Positions 63,919 through 64,000 of a stretch of 64,000 nucleotides of DNA are shown here, one piece after another. Origin of the DNA: Octopus bimaculoides (lineage: Eukaryota); contig NC_069000.1 of NCBI RefSeq assembly GCF_001194135.2, positions 1,028,773 to 1,092,772 on the forward strand, in the 5' to 3' direction. The notes below the pieces were generated by a model. That model was not told where the DNA came from. It was given only the letters and a program-made list of their open reading frames with translations, and ran no database searches. Position 1 is the first letter of the stretch. Each line of letters starts with the position of its first letter. The position numbers and the translations under genes were made by a program.

Positions 63919-64000
<82 letters not shown>

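Overview
AT-rich, microsatellite- and SINE-dense animal DNA with 11 N-gaps. The repeat families look like Octopus SINEs, so this is probably an octopod cephalopod (inferred). Starts in the ORF track are unreliable because the genes are spliced. The coding content is a cluster of four diverged paralogs of a multi-pass (about 8 TM) membrane protein with TSPO/TspO-type motifs (TPAxWTFxIWxxIY; NxxWxxLF; YAxWxxxATxLN) plus three extra C-terminal helices. Paralog D (minus strand) can be built completely: 41233-41128, 37250-36878, 34966-34513, giving 310 aa. Paralogs A (4501-5294), B (11249-12033) and C (24402-25192) are single large plus-strand exons. All three start at the identical phase-1 acceptor (AG|GT-ATY-TAC-AC), and I found no TM1-coding first exon between them. 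They may therefore be alternative terminal exons spliced to one shared upstream exon, which is the main hypothesis of this window. The rest is SINEs, Tc1/mariner remnants, MITEs, Helitron/Helentron-like elements, LINE scraps, mini/microsatellites and three long palindromes. CpG density and SINE orientation both change sharply near 21-25 kb and 52-57 kb. Repeat boundaries are approximate and all counts were made by hand.
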